Below, piece after piece: positions 42,370 to 57,998 of a DNA stretch of 64,000 bases (positions are counted from its first letter, which is position 1; every line of letters begins with the position of its first letter). This stretch comes from Pseudomonadota bacterium (lineage in GTDB: Bacteria > Pseudomonadota > Gammaproteobacteria > Steroidobacterales > Steroidobacteraceae). The notes below the pieces were generated by a model, which made no database searches, had not been told where the DNA came from, and saw only the letters and a list, made by a program, of their open reading frames with translations. The stretch spans positions 34,599 to 98,598 of the forward strand of contig JBJOHO010000067.1 in assembly GCA_046047615.1 (NCBI GenBank), read 5' to 3'. A program made the translations under genes and the position numbers.

Positions 42370-43143
42370 GTGCCTACGGCCGCGCCGGAGCCGCGCAGCC
42401 GCGTCTATCGCGGCCGCGTGACGCACCGGCGCCTGGGCAAGGTGGACAACCGCTTCCGCTACGGGTTGTTCATGCTCTACCTGGACCTGGCGGAGCTGCC
42501 GTCCCTGTTCGACCGTTTCTGGCTCTGGTCGGCGCGCCGACCGGCGCTGGCCCGTTTCCATCGCGCCGATTACCTCGGCGACCCCGCGCGGCCGCTGGCC
42601 GACTGCGTGCGCGACCGCATCCGTGAGGAACTGGGTTGGGCGCCGGACGGGCCGATCCGCCTGCTGACGCACCTGCGCTACTTCGGCTACTGCTTCAACC
42701 CGGTGTCGTTCTACTACTGCTTCGATGCCGACGGGCAGCTGCAGGTGATCGTCGCCGAAATCACCAATACGCCCTGGGACGAGCGCCACAGCTACGTGCT
42801 GCAGGCCCGGCCCGGGGCCGGCGTGCAGCGCTTCGCCTTCGCCAAGCAGTTCCACGTCTCGCCATTCATGCCGATGGAGCAGCAGTACCACTGGCACTTC
42901 AGCGAGCCCGGTGAACGGCTGGCCGTCTACATGGAAAACCGCCAGGACGGCCGGCGCCTCTTCGATGCCGCCCTTGAACTGCAGGCGGCGCCGGTGACGG
43001 GCGGCAGTCTTGCGCGGGCACTGCTGCGCTTCCCGGCGATGACGGCCGTGGTGGCCTGGCGCATCTACTGGCAAGCCCTGCGCCTGCTCTTGAAAAAAGC
43101 GGTGTTCCACCCGCATCCTGCCGGCACCCGCAAGGGGGCATGA
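42370..43143 (+). CDS. DUF1365-family protein
   Basis: C-terminal part of listed ORF 41422..43143, with a GTG at 42370 just after the desaturase stop. It contains VYRGRVTHRRLGKVDNRFRYGLFMLYLDLAEL...YFGYCFNPVSFYYC, as is characteristic of DUF1365. The start codon is uncertain. Confidence 0.8.
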   Translation: MPTAAPEPRSRVYRGRVTHRRLGKVDNRFRYGLFMLYLDLAELPSLFDRFWLWSARRPALARFHRADYLGDPARPLADCVRDRIREELGWAPDGPIRLLTHLRYFGYCFNPVSFYYCFDADGQLQVIVAEITNTPWDERHSYVLQARPGAGVQRFAFAKQFHVSPFMPMEQQYHWHFSEPGERLAVYMENRQDGRRLFDAALELQAAPVTGGSLARALLRFPAMTAVVAWRIYWQALRLLLKKAVFHPHPAGTRKGA

Positions 43144-44455
43144 CAACAACAGGGGGCCCGATGAGCACCGCCGGTAGCAAGCCGACGATCATCCCGCAAG
43201 ACGACCCGTCCGCGAGCCAGGCAGACGCCATTGGAAGCGCGCTGGTGCGTCTGGCACGGCGGCAACTGCTGCAGCAGCTTCAGCAACTGCGGCACGGGCA
43301 ACTGCACCTGCGCGAGGGCGCCAGCCTGCACAGCTTCGGCCGTCCCGACGGGCGCTGCGGGCTGTCGGCAACGATCACCGTCGACCATCCCCGCTTCTGG
43401 GCGGATGCCGCCTTCGGCGGCACCACCGGTGCCGGCGAGAGCTACATCCACGGCCACTGGCACTGCGACGACCTCACCGCGCTGATCCGCATCATGGTGG
43501 TCAACCGCCATGTCATGGAGGGCATGGAGGGCAGCCTCACCTGGCTGCGCGAGTCGGCGCGCCGGGCGCTGCACTGGGCCCACCGCAACAGCAAGGCCGG
43601 CAGCGCACGCAACATCGCCGCCCACTACGACCTGGGCAACGAGCTGTACGAGCTGATGCTCGACAGCACCATGGCCTATTCCTGCGGCATCTTCGACAGC
43701 GAAGCCAGCACGCTGGAGGACGCGTCCGTCGCCAAGTTCGATGCCACCTGCCGCAAGCTGGGGCTGTGCGCCGGCGACCATCTGGTGGAGATCGGCACCG
43801 GCTGGGGTGGCCTCGCGATCCACGCGGCCACGCACTATGGCTGCCGGGTCACGACCACCACGATCTCGCGCCAGCAGCATGACTACGCGCGCGACAAGAT
43901 CGCGCGTCTGGGCCTCGCCGACCGCATCACGCTGCTGTTCCAGGACTACCGCGACCTCAGCGGCCAGTACGACAAGCTGGTCTCCATCGAGATGATCGAG
44001 GCCGTCGGTGCACACTACCTCGACACCTACTTCGCCAAGTGCGCCTCGCTGCTCAAGCCCGAGGGCGCGATGCTGCTGCAGGCCATCACGATCCAGGACC
44101 AGCATTACGCCGCCGCCGTGCGCTCGGTCGATTTCATCAAGCAGTTCGTGTTTCCCGGCAGCTTCATTCCGTCGGTGACGGCCATCGCCGACTCGGTCAC
44201 GCGGGCCACGGACCTGAAGATCTTCAACCTCGAGGACATCGGCCCGCACTACGCGCGCACGCTGCGCGAATGGCGCCTGCGCTTCATGGCACGGCTCGAC
44301 GAGGTGCGGGCCATGGGCTACCCGGACAGCTTCATCCGGCTGTGGGAGTTCTACCTGTGCTACTGCGAGGGCGGCTACGAGGAACGCCAGCTGGGTGACG
44401 TGCAGGTGCTGCTGACCAAGCCGGCCTGCCGGCTGCCCCCGGTCATCGCCCGCGC

Positions 44456-44459
<4 letters not shown>
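43140..44459 (+). CDS. Cyclopropane-fatty-acyl-phospholipid synthase family methyltransferase
   Basis: ORF 43140..44459 (439 aa). It has the SAM motif LVEIGTGWGGLAIH and the CFA-synthase-type C terminus FIRLWEFYLCYCEGGY. The start overlaps the previous stop (ATGA). Confidence 0.9.
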
Positions 44460-45895
<1,436 letters not shown>

Positions 45896-46746
45896 AGGCC
45901 ACCAGCACGCCGTCGCGCGTGAAGATGCGCGCACGCGCCAGCCCCCGGCCACCCGAGGCGCTGGGGCTGTCCATGCTGTAGAGCAGCCAGTCGTCAACGC
46001 GCACCGGCCGGTGGAACCACATCGCGTGGTCGATGCTGGCCACCACCATGCCCGGGGTCAGCATGGTGACGCCATGGGGCCGCATCGCCGTGCCGATCAG
46101 GCTGAAATCCGACGCGTAGGCCAGCAGCACGTGGTGCAGCAGCGGATCATCCGGCAAGCGGTCCGGCGCGCGGAACCAGACCTCCTGGCGCGGCGGTTCG
46201 CACCGCGGCCGCAGCGGATCGATCGGCTGCACCATGCGGAATTCGAAGGGCAGCGGCTGGTCGATGAACCGCAACGCGGCAGCCGGCAGCCGCGCACGGA
46301 CGGCAGCAGGCACATCGAAGAGGTCCGGCAGTCCTTCCGGTCCCGGCAGGTCCGCGGGCATCGGATCCTGGTGCTCCATGCCCGGCTCCGGCACCTGGAA
46401 AGACGCCGACAGGTGGAAAATCTGCTGGCCATGCTGGATGGCGATCACGCGGCGGCTGCTGAAGCTGTGGCCATCCCGGCTGCGGTCCACCTCGTAGAGG
46501 ATGGGCGCGGTGTGGTCGCCCCGGCGCAGGAAATACGCGTGCAGCGAATGGACCAGGCGTCCCTCGGTGGTGGCATAGGCGGCCGACAGGGCCTGTCCGA
46601 GCACCTGGCCACCGAAGACCTGCTCGCGGCCGATGTCGCGGCTCTGGCCGCGGAACAGGTCCAGTTCGAGGCGCTCCAGGCGCAGCAGCCGCAGCAGGTC
46701 TGCCAGTGGTGCATGCATCGGCGGGTGCCCCTCGCTGCGGCGCGGC

Positions 46747-47793
46747 TCAAGCGCCGGCGCCGGCCTCGGTGACACCCAGCCGCTGGTGCATGACGGGACT
46801 GGTGGTCGTGTACTGCAGGAACTGGCGCTTGCCCGGGTAGAGATGGGCCTGGATGGCGAAGGCCGCCAGCGCCGCCTCGTGGAAGCCCGACAGGATCAGC
46901 TTCTTCTTGCCCGGGTAGGTGTTGATGTCGCCGACCGCAAAGATGCCCGGCACATTGGTCTGGAACTTCTCGGTATCGACCTTGAGGGCCTTCTTCTCCA
47001 GCTCCAGCCCCCACTCGGCGATCGGTCCCAGCTTGGGTGCGAGGCCGAAGAAGGCCAGCACGCGCTCGGCGGCCAGCGGATGGCGCGTGCCATCACTGCC
47101 CTTGACCACGACGCCGGCGAACGCCTCGCCCTCCTTCAGCAGGGACTCGGCCACGCCCTCGATGAAACGGATGCGGCCGGCGGCGACCAGTTCGTGCATC
47201 TTCGCCACCGACGCCGGCGCGCCACGGAACTCCGGCCGGCGGTGCACCAGCGTGAGGCTGGCCGCCTTGTCGGCGAGGTCGAGGGTCCAGTCGAGGGCGG
47301 AATCGCCGCCGCCAAAGATGACCAGATGCCGGCCGTGGAACTCCGCCGCGTTCTTGACGCGGTAGAACACGTGGCTGCCCTCGAAGGCGTCGATGCCCTC
47401 GACACCGAGGCGGCGCGGCTGGAAGGAGCCGACACCACCGGCGATGACGAGGGTGCCGGCGTCAAAGCGCAGACCGCCGGCGGTGTGCACGTCGAAACGG
47501 CCATCCTCACGGCGCTGCACCACGGTGACCTCCTGGCCCAGGTGCAACGTGGCGCCGAACGGCGCGATCTGCTGCAACAGGCGGTCGATCAGCTCCTGGG
47601 CACCGCAGACGGGCAGCGCGGGAATGTCGTAGATCGGCTTCTCCGGATAGAGCTCGGTGCACTGCCCCCCGGGCGCCGCGAGCGAATCGACCAGATGGGC
47701 CTTGATGCCCAGCAGGCCCAGTTCGAAGACCTGGAACAGGCCACAGGGACCCGCGCCAACGATGACCACCTCGGTCTGGATGACGTCACTCAA
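46747..47793 (-). CDS. Ferredoxin-NADP+ reductase, thioredoxin-reductase-like type
   Basis: ORF 46747..47793 (348 aa). It has VVIVGAGPCGLF, a second dinucleotide fold LVIFGGGDSALD, and GIFAVGDI. The TTG start is preceded by AGGAG at 7 nt. Confidence 0.9.
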   Translation of the reverse strand: MSDVIQTEVVIVGAGPCGLFQVFELGLLGIKAHLVDSLAAPGGQCTELYPEKPIYDIPALPVCGAQELIDRLLQQIAPFGATLHLGQEVTVVQRREDGRFDVHTAGGLRFDAGTLVIAGGVGSFQPRRLGVEGIDAFEGSHVFYRVKNAAEFHGRHLVIFGGGDSALDWTLDLADKAASLTLVHRRPEFRGAPASVAKMHELVAAGRIRFIEGVAESLLKEGEAFAGVVVKGSDGTRHPLAAERVLAFFGLAPKLGPIAEWGLELEKKALKVDTEKFQTNVPGIFAVGDINTYPGKKKLILSGFHEAALAAFAIQAHLYPGKRQFLQYTTTSPVMHQRLGVTEAGAGA

Positions 47794-47808
47794 GGGGAAG
47801 CTCCTGGC

Positions 47809-48111
47809 TCAGGCCCGGCCGGCGTTGGAGTCGGTCGGTGTGTGGAAGTATTCGCTGTCGGAAGCCAGTTCGTTGGTCAGGCGCCGCAGTTCCTGCAGGC
47901 GCGCCTCGGCCGTGCTGATGGGCATGCAGTCCTGGCAGCGTGCGTCGCCGCAAGGCTGGCGCGAGTAGAGCCAGTACTGGATGGCGCCGGCCAGCAGGCC
48001 ATCGGCGATGTCCCAGAGATCGGCATCCTTGTCCTTCTCGGCCAGCTTGTTGCCAAGGTCGACGGCCTTGGAGAACGCGGCATCGAAGCTTTCGTGGGCG
48101 GTGCTGCTCAT
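47809..48111 (-). CDS. Small hypothetical protein, DUF3144-like
   Basis: Last 100 codons of listed ORF 47809..48579, with ATG at 48111 (ATGA overlap with the upstream stop). The product is helical and has a CGDARCQDC cysteine cluster. The family assignment is tentative. Confidence 0.7.
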   Translation of the reverse strand: MSSTAHESFDAAFSKAVDLGNKLAEKDKDADLWDIADGLLAGAIQYWLYSRQPCGDARCQDCMPISTAEARLQELRRLTNELASDSEYFHTPTDSNAGRA

Positions 48112-48845
48112 CGGGTCTCGCTGGGTTTCGGAACGGTGTCGGGCACGGCCTGCGCGGCGTGGATCTGGCGGCGCAACAGGCGCACCCAGTTGCCCATCAG
48201 TTGCCGCAGGTCGGCGGCATTGGTGATGTCGTTGGCCAGGCGCAGGTCCGGATGGCGCAGGGTCTCGCGGCGGTCGACGATGCGCGCCAGCAGCGTGCCG
48301 GTCTGCGAATCGCGCAGCTCCGCAACCAACGTGGCCTCGGCCGCGGACAGCACATAGGCCCAACGCTGGGCGGCGTCGCGGACTTCCGGCGCGAAGACGT
48401 CGAGGTCGACGATGGCGACACGCAGGTCGAGCACCTGCGGACCGACGCCATCGACCACCGGCAGCCCGCCCTCGCCACGCGGGAACTGCTCGCGGAAGGT
48501 CGCGTCGGCCAGCTTGCGCAGGTCCTCGCGCAGCCGCCCGGCGTCGGCGTCCTTGATGTCGGGATGCTGGCGCGCCCACAGCCGCGCGAAGTCGACCTCG
48601 ACCGGCGCCAGCCGCAGTTGCCGGTAGGTCGCCAAACTGGCACCGGGCCGCAGATGGAGCTCATCGAAGGCCCAGGAGCGCTGCCGCACCAGCTCCGCCG
48701 CATCCGCGGGCGGGGGTGGAACATCGCGCGGCCGCTGGGCCGGTGAGACGCCGGGCGCGAGCAGGGCCGCGGCCATCAGGGTGAACAGGGCCGGACGCAA
48801 CCATGCGCCGGGACGTCGGATCGCAGGCAGGTGGAACGTGTTCAT
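48108..48845 (-). CDS. Exported hypothetical protein
   Basis: ORF 48108..48845 (245 aa). It has the N-terminal signal-like segment RPALFTLMAAALLAPGVSPAQ. No recognised catalytic motifs. Confidence 0.7.
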   Translation of the reverse strand: MNTFHLPAIRRPGAWLRPALFTLMAAALLAPGVSPAQRPRDVPPPPADAAELVRQRSWAFDELHLRPGASLATYRQLRLAPVEVDFARLWARQHPDIKDADAGRLREDLRKLADATFREQFPRGEGGLPVVDGVGPQVLDLRVAIVDLDVFAPEVRDAAQRWAYVLSAAEATLVAELRDSQTGTLLARIVDRRETLRHPDLRLANDITNAADLRQLMGNWVRLLRRQIHAAQAVPDTVPKPSETR

Positions 48846-48892
48846 CCAAAGATTATACCCGCCGGGAGCGGCCGGCGCGGCGCGGGGGCGCG

Positions 48893-50746
48893 TCAGCGGT
48901 AACCGCGTGCCTGCAGCGCGAACAGCCGCGCGTACTGGCCGCCCGCCTGCATCAGGGCCTCATGGCTGCCCAGCTCCACCAGCCGGCCACGGTCAAGCAC
49001 GGCGATCTGGTCCGCCATGCGCACGGTGGAGAAGCGGTGCGAGATCAGCACGGCAATGCGCTCGCGGGCCAGCTGGCGGAAGTGCTCGAAGACCTCGGCC
49101 TCGGCCTCGGCATCCATCGCGGCCGTGGGCTCGTCCAGCACCAGGATGTCGGCGCGGGTGCGCATGAAGGCCCGCGCCAGCGCCACCTTCTGCCATTGCC
49201 CGCCCGACAGCTCGCGGCCGTCGAGGAACCACTTGCCCAACTGCGTGTGGTAGCCCCCCGGAAGGCGCTCGATGAACTCCGCCGCGCGGCCCTTGGCCGC
49301 GGCCTCGCGCCAGCGTGCCTCGTCCTCGAAGTGCGGCTCGTCGCCGGCGCCGATGTTCTCGCCGACCTGCATCTGGTAGCGGGCGAAGTCCTGGAAGATC
49401 ACGCCGATGCGCTCACGCAGCCGCGTCTCGTCCCACTCGCGCAGGTCCAGGCCATCCAGGAGGATGCGGCCTTCGGTGGGCGTGTAGAGCCGCGTCAGCA
49501 GCTTCACGAGCGTGGTCTTGCCCGAGCCGTTGGCGCCGACCAGCGCCAGGCTGCTGCCGGGTTTCAGGTGCAGGGTGATGTCGACCAGCGCCGGCTCGTC
49601 GTTGCCCGGATAGCGGAAGCCGACATGCTCGAAGCGCACGCCGTCCTCGGGATGCGGCCCGGACAGCGCCGTGCCGGTGGGCGGCGCCACGGGCGCCTCG
49701 AGGTATTCGTGCAGCGTCGACAGGTAGAGGTTGTCCTCGTACAGGCCACTGACCGCGGTGAGCACGGAAGTGACCGCCTGCTGGCCCTGGCGCAGCAGCA
49801 GCACGTACAGGGTCATCTGGCCGACGCTGATCCGGCCGCCGACCGCCGCCAGCGCGACCCAGGCGTAGGCGGCATAGAGGATCAGCGTTGCCAGCAGGCC
49901 GAGCAGGAAGCCCCAACTCTCGCGGCGCCGGGCGAGCTTGCTGTCCTCGGCATAGAGCCGCTGGAAGATGTCCTGGTAGCGGCCCAGCAATCGCCGTCCG
50001 AGGCCATAGAGCTTGACCTCCTTGGCGTGGTCTTCGCGCGCCAGCACCGTCTCCAGGTAGTCCTGCATGCGCTTTTCGGCGGAGCGCCAGCGGAACAGGC
50101 GGAAGGCGTCAGCGGAGAACTTGGTCTCGACGACGAAGCCCGGCAGCCCGGCCAGCAGCAGCACCACCACGGCCCACGGCGAGTACGGCAGCAGCAAGGC
50201 CGCGCAACTGGCCAGCGACACCAGGTTCTGCGCCAACCCGAAGCTGCGCAGCACCAGACTCATCGGCCGCTGCGAGGCCTCGCGGCGCGCGCGTGTCAGG
50301 CGGTCGTAGAAGGCCGAGTCCTCGAACTGCGCCATCTCCAGCTGCAGTGCCTTCTCGAGGATCAGCACGTTGATGCGGTGGCCGAGCTGGATGCGCAGCA
50401 GGTAGCGGGCGTAGTTGAGGGCCCTGTTCACCAGCGCCAGCGCCAGCACGATGCCACCCTCGGCGGCCACCAGCGTGAGCACGCGCGTGCTGCCGATGCC
50501 CTCTCCGGCAGCCGCGGCAATGACCGCATCAACCAGCAGCGCCCCGACCCAGGCGATGGCGGCCGGCAGCAGGCCGGCGACCAGGGTCAGCAGGCCCAGC
50601 CACAGCGCCAGTGCCGGCCGGGTGTCCCAGACCAGGCGGATGGCGATGCGGCTGTAACGGAACACCGACAGGAACTCGCGCGCCAGCTGGCGCAACTCCG
50701 GCGGCGGTGGCGGTTGCAGCGGCGGCGGGCGACGCATGGTGGTCAT
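48893..50746 (-). CDS. ABC exporter, fused permease/ATPase
   Basis: Within ORF 48893..50779, with ATG at 50746. It has six TM helices, then Walker A GANGSGKTT, the signature LSGGQWQKVALARA and Walker B ILVLDEPTAAMD. Confidence 0.9.
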   Translation of the reverse strand: MTTMRRPPPLQPPPPPELRQLAREFLSVFRYSRIAIRLVWDTRPALALWLGLLTLVAGLLPAAIAWVGALLVDAVIAAAAGEGIGSTRVLTLVAAEGGIVLALALVNRALNYARYLLRIQLGHRINVLILEKALQLEMAQFEDSAFYDRLTRARREASQRPMSLVLRSFGLAQNLVSLASCAALLLPYSPWAVVVLLLAGLPGFVVETKFSADAFRLFRWRSAEKRMQDYLETVLAREDHAKEVKLYGLGRRLLGRYQDIFQRLYAEDSKLARRRESWGFLLGLLATLILYAAYAWVALAAVGGRISVGQMTLYVLLLRQGQQAVTSVLTAVSGLYEDNLYLSTLHEYLEAPVAPPTGTALSGPHPEDGVRFEHVGFRYPGNDEPALVDITLHLKPGSSLALVGANGSGKTTLVKLLTRLYTPTEGRILLDGLDLREWDETRLRERIGVIFQDFARYQMQVGENIGAGDEPHFEDEARWREAAAKGRAAEFIERLPGGYHTQLGKWFLDGRELSGGQWQKVALARAFMRTRADILVLDEPTAAMDAEAEAEVFEHFRQLARERIAVLISHRFSTVRMADQIAVLDRGRLVELGSHEALMQAGGQYARLFALQARGYR

Positions 50747-52059
50747 CCGCCCGCCCCCGCCGCAGCCGGGAGGGCCCACAGGGCATTGCTGTCCAGCGGC
50801 GACGCCAGCAGCAGCCGCGCCTCCACCGGCCGGCCGCGCACGCCAACCACCTCATAGAGCGCCTCGAAGCTGCCGGTGTCGCCCACGGCCGCGCGCAGCG
50901 CGCGCAGACGCTCCGGACGGGCCAGCAGTTGCGCCACTTCCTCCAGGCCGGCATCGCGCGTGCCGGCAATCACCAGATGGGCGTGGCCGGCGGGTCCACG
51001 GAAGGCCGCGACATAGCCGTAGTCGCGGAACGGGCTGGCGTCGTCGCGGGGACTGCCGGCCTCGCTCACGTAGGCCCGGCCGGTCCGTGTGTCGAGCAGC
51101 GTGTCGTAGGACGCATCGATGGAGAACCGTGAGGCGGAGAACAAGGGCATCTCGAGCAGACCCAGGCCACTGAGGTAGCCGATGTAGACCACATGGCCGC
51201 GCTTGAACTGGTCGGTGACCAGCTGCGAGGCCAGGCCCGTGTGCAGCTCGCCGCCGCCCGTGACGAGCACCGGCAGCGTCGCGCGCAGTGCCGCGGCGCT
51301 GGCCGTCGGCAGGTAGCCGAGGTCCAGGTCGAGGCTGCGCGCCGCAAAAGCGGGATCGGCCTGCTGGCGCTGCTGCAGCTCGCGCCGCGAATTGATGTCG
51401 AACTCGCGCACCAGGCGCGAGGGGACATGGAACGGGTCTGCAGGGTCGTGCTCGCCGAAGATGAAATAGTCGCCGAGCAGCACCTCGATGGGCGCGCCAT
51501 CGGCGAGCAGTGGCTGCCACGGCGCCAGGGCTGCAGCCTCGCGGAGCTCCGCGGGAAAGGCGGGCCGCCGCCAGCGGTCCACGACCAGGACCACCACGAC
51601 CAGCGCGAGGACCAGCACCAGCCACTGCAGCGCGCTGTGACGGCGCTGGGCGGGCGCTGCCTCCGGGGCGTCGACCGGCGACGTGGGGGCCGGCACGCAC
51701 ACCGGCAGCTCCAGCTGCAGCCGGTATTCGCCCCGCGGCAGCACCAGCCGCGGTGCGGCGGGGTCCTGGCGCGCGGCGTGCTGCTCCAGCCGTTGCCGCA
51801 GCTTGTGCGCACAGACGCGCACCAGCGTGTCCTGGGAGGGATCGAAACCGGCATCACGCCCGAGCGCCTCGACCGCGATCTCCAGTTCCTTGGGCGCATG
51901 GTCGCGGCGCGCGCAGTCCACGAGGTAGTCGAACAGGCGCAGCACCTGCGCCGAGCGGCCCAGCGCGCCGGAGGCGCGCAGGTTCGCGGCCTCCGCCAGC
52001 AAGGTCGCGAGGGCCTGCGGCGCGGGTGCAGTGTCGTCCGTGGAGGAGGCCGTCGGCAT
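50743..52059 (-). CDS. Membrane-anchored winged-helix (CadC/ToxR-like) regulator with periplasmic domain
   Basis: ORF 50743..52059 (438 aa). The N-terminal segment [29 protein letters not shown]...[13 protein letters not shown] resembles a trans_reg_C-type wHTH. It has a single TM ([17 protein letters not shown]) and a C-terminal domain of about 270 aa. Its stop overlaps the ABC exporter start (ATGA). Confidence 0.75.
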   Translation of the reverse strand: MPTASSTDDTAPAPQALATLLAEAANLRASGALGRSAQVLRLFDYLVDCARRDHAPKELEIAVEALGRDAGFDPSQDTLVRVCAHKLRQRLEQHAARQDPAAPRLVLPRGEYRLQLELPVCVPAPTSPVDAPEAAPAQRRHSALQWLVLVLALVVVVLVVDRWRRPAFPAELREAAALAPWQPLLADGAPIEVLLGDYFIFGEHDPADPFHVPSRLVREFDINSRRELQQRQQADPAFAARSLDLDLGYLPTASAAALRATLPVLVTGGGELHTGLASQLVTDQFKRGHVVYIGYLSGLGLLEMPLFSASRFSIDASYDTLLDTRTGRAYVSEAGSPRDDASPFRDYGYVAAFRGPAGHAHLVIAGTRDAGLEEVAQLLARPERLRALRAAVGDTGSFEALYEVVGVRGRPVEARLLLASPLDSNALWALPAAAGAGG

Positions 52060-52159
52060 GGCGGGGCGCAGTCTAGCAGCACGGCGCTGGACAGCCGGGA
52101 TTCAGGCAGCTGCAACGTGGAAGTGTTACCTTCGCGGCCCCTTTTCCCCGGTCCCTGCC

Positions 52160-53983
<1,824 letters not shown>

Positions 53984-54008
53984 TCAGCACGGTGCGATCA
54001 TCGCCGCC

Positions 54009-54599
54009 ATGACACCCGTGACGCGCCTGCTGCTGGCCGCCTGCGCCCTGGGCTTCGGCCTGCAGCTGGTGGCCGAGGGCTGGCTGTTCGAGCACCTGGC
54101 CCTGTGGCCGCTCGACACCTCGCCCTACCCGCCGCTGTTCCGGCCCTGGCAGCTCGCCAGCTATGCCTTCCTGCACGGTGACTGGCTGCACTTGGCACTC
54201 AATGGCTATGCGCTGTACCTGTTCGGCAGCGAAATCGAAGCGCTGATGGGCCCGCGGCGCTTCGCGATCTACTTCGCGGCCTGCGTCGTCGGCGCCGGGC
54301 TCACGCAACTGGGCTGGTCGATGGTGGTGCAGGCCGGCGCGATCCCCACGGTCGGGGCCTCCGGCGGCATCTTCGGCCTGCTGCTGGCCTATGGCTGGGC
54401 CTTCCCGCGCCGCAAGCTCATGCCGCTGCTGCCGCCCATCCCCATGCCTGCCTGGGTCTTCGTCAGCCTCTACGCCGCCATCGAGCTGTGGTTCGGCGTC
54501 AGCGGCACGCTCGCCGGCGTGGCGCACTTCGCGCATCTGGGGGGCATGGTCGCAGGCCTGGTGCTGCTGCTGGTCTGGCGGCTGCGGCCGCTGGAATAG
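54009..54599 (+). CDS. Rhomboid-family intramembrane serine protease
   Basis: ORF 54009..54599 (196 aa). It has the catalytic Ser motif GASGGIFG and the catalytic His in HFAHLGGMVAG, plus six TM helices. Confidence 0.9.
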   Translation: MTPVTRLLLAACALGFGLQLVAEGWLFEHLALWPLDTSPYPPLFRPWQLASYAFLHGDWLHLALNGYALYLFGSEIEALMGPRRFAIYFAACVVGAGLTQLGWSMVVQAGAIPTVGASGGIFGLLLAYGWAFPRRKLMPLLPPIPMPAWVFVSLYAAIELWFGVSGTLAGVAHFAHLGGMVAGLVLLLVWRLRPLE

Positions 54600-54626
54600 G
54601 CGCGGCCTGTCGCGCTGCTGCCGGGC

Positions 54627-56102
54627 TCAGCCCACCACGCAGCGGTTGCGGCCCTGTTCCTTGGCGCGGTAGAGCGCCTTGTCGGCGCGTTCGAAACACT
54701 CCTCGAGCGTATCCCCCTGGCGCACCAGGGTCAGCCCGGACGACACGCTGACCGTGACCGGCGAGCCGCGGAAGTGCAGTTGCAGCCGCGATACCGCGAT
54801 GCGCAGCGCATCGACGCGACGCATGGCCTCGGGCAGGGGGTAGCCCTCCAGCACCATGACGAACTCCTCGCCGCCGTAGCGACCGACGAAATCCGTCTGG
54901 CGGATGCCGGCGGCCAGCGTCTGCGCGACCGCCCGCAGCACGCGATCGCCCGCGCGGTGGCCCCAGCTGTCGTTGAAGCGCTTGAAGTGGTCGATGTCCC
55001 AGACCACGATGCAGGTAGGTTCAGGACTGTCGTGGCATCGCCTCATCGCCTCCGCGAGATGCAGGTCCAGCGCAAGACGGTTGGGCACCTGCGTGAGTGC
55101 ATCGACGCTGGCCAGCCGCTGCTCGTCGCGCAGCCGGTCCTGCAGGCGCCGGGCCTCGTCCTCCAGCTGCTCCACGTGCGCGCGCAGGCTCTCGCTGCGC
55201 TGCTCATAGGCCGCGGTACGCGCCTGCTCACGCTGGCGGTATGCCTGCACCTGTTCGCTGATGGCGGCGAGCCGGTCCTCCAGCCTTTCACGTACCGTGT
55301 CCAGTCCGGTCCCCACCTCACCCACGCTGTCGCGCAAGGCGTGGAACCCCGCGGCCAACTGCCGGTTGAAATCGTCGCTGTCGCGCCGGGCCTCGCGCCG
55401 GTCGGCATCCTCGCCGTAGAGGAACTGGGTGAGTTCGTCCAGGCGCTGCGTGATCCGGCTGAGCAGCCCCTCGACCTCGCGCTTCTCCCGCTCGATGACA
55501 TCCACCCGGCGCGCGAGCACGTCGGCGATGTCCGACAACAGCAAGGGCAGGCTGCTGGCCGACAGCGGCTGGCCCAGCTTCAGGGCCAGGGCGTCGCAGG
55601 CCGGCAGCAGCTCGGGGTCGCCGCGCACCAGGCCCAACAGGCGGTCCAGGGTCTCGCGGATGCGCTCGTCGCCATAGACGGCGCGCGTGATGGCGATGCC
55701 CTGTGTCCCAGCGGTGGCATCTTCGCCCACCCGCTCCGCGGCAGGCCTGGATGCCGCCGCCCCGGCCGCCGCGGAAGGCGCGCCGGGCCGGCGCCGCTCC
55801 AGCGCCGCGACCGCGTCGGCAATGGGCGTGAACAAAGGTTCGAGCTCTTCTTCGCCGGCGGCGTTGCGCAGGGCCACGGCAAGACGTCCGAGCACCTGGT
55901 CGAGGGGTGGCGATTGTCCGAAGGAGGCGAGGCAGAGCCGCGCCAACAGGCGCCGCAGCAGGCTCTCGAGACTGCGGAACGCACGCTCCTCCTGCTCCAG
56001 CGTGCGGACGGAAGCCAGGTACTTGCGACGCCAGTGATCGGCGTCGGCCTGGGCAAAAATGTGGCTGGCGGCAGGGGCGGGCGTGGCGGGGATGGCAGAC
56101 AT
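54627..56102 (-). CDS. Diguanylate cyclase (GGDEF) with long N-terminal coiled-coil region
   Basis: Within ORF 54627..56294, with ATG at 56102 (MSAIPATPAP). The GGDEF domain carries the active site RYGGEEF. The upstream part is helical and coiled-coil. Confidence 0.9.
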   Translation of the reverse strand: MSAIPATPAPAASHIFAQADADHWRRKYLASVRTLEQEERAFRSLESLLRRLLARLCLASFGQSPPLDQVLGRLAVALRNAAGEEELEPLFTPIADAVAALERRRPGAPSAAAGAAASRPAAERVGEDATAGTQGIAITRAVYGDERIRETLDRLLGLVRGDPELLPACDALALKLGQPLSASSLPLLLSDIADVLARRVDVIEREKREVEGLLSRITQRLDELTQFLYGEDADRREARRDSDDFNRQLAAGFHALRDSVGEVGTGLDTVRERLEDRLAAISEQVQAYRQREQARTAAYEQRSESLRAHVEQLEDEARRLQDRLRDEQRLASVDALTQVPNRLALDLHLAEAMRRCHDSPEPTCIVVWDIDHFKRFNDSWGHRAGDRVLRAVAQTLAAGIRQTDFVGRYGGEEFVMVLEGYPLPEAMRRVDALRIAVSRLQLHFRGSPVTVSVSSGLTLVRQGDTLEECFERADKALYRAKEQGRNRCVVG

Positions 56103-56193
56103 CAGGCGCGGATTCCATCCGGAACGACGGGGTGGACCCCGGAGACTTGGCCTGCATGATGCGGCCGACCGCCGCCGGGCACTGTGGACTGGA

Positions 56194-57990
<1,797 letters not shown>

Positions 57991-57998
57991 GGACGCGC

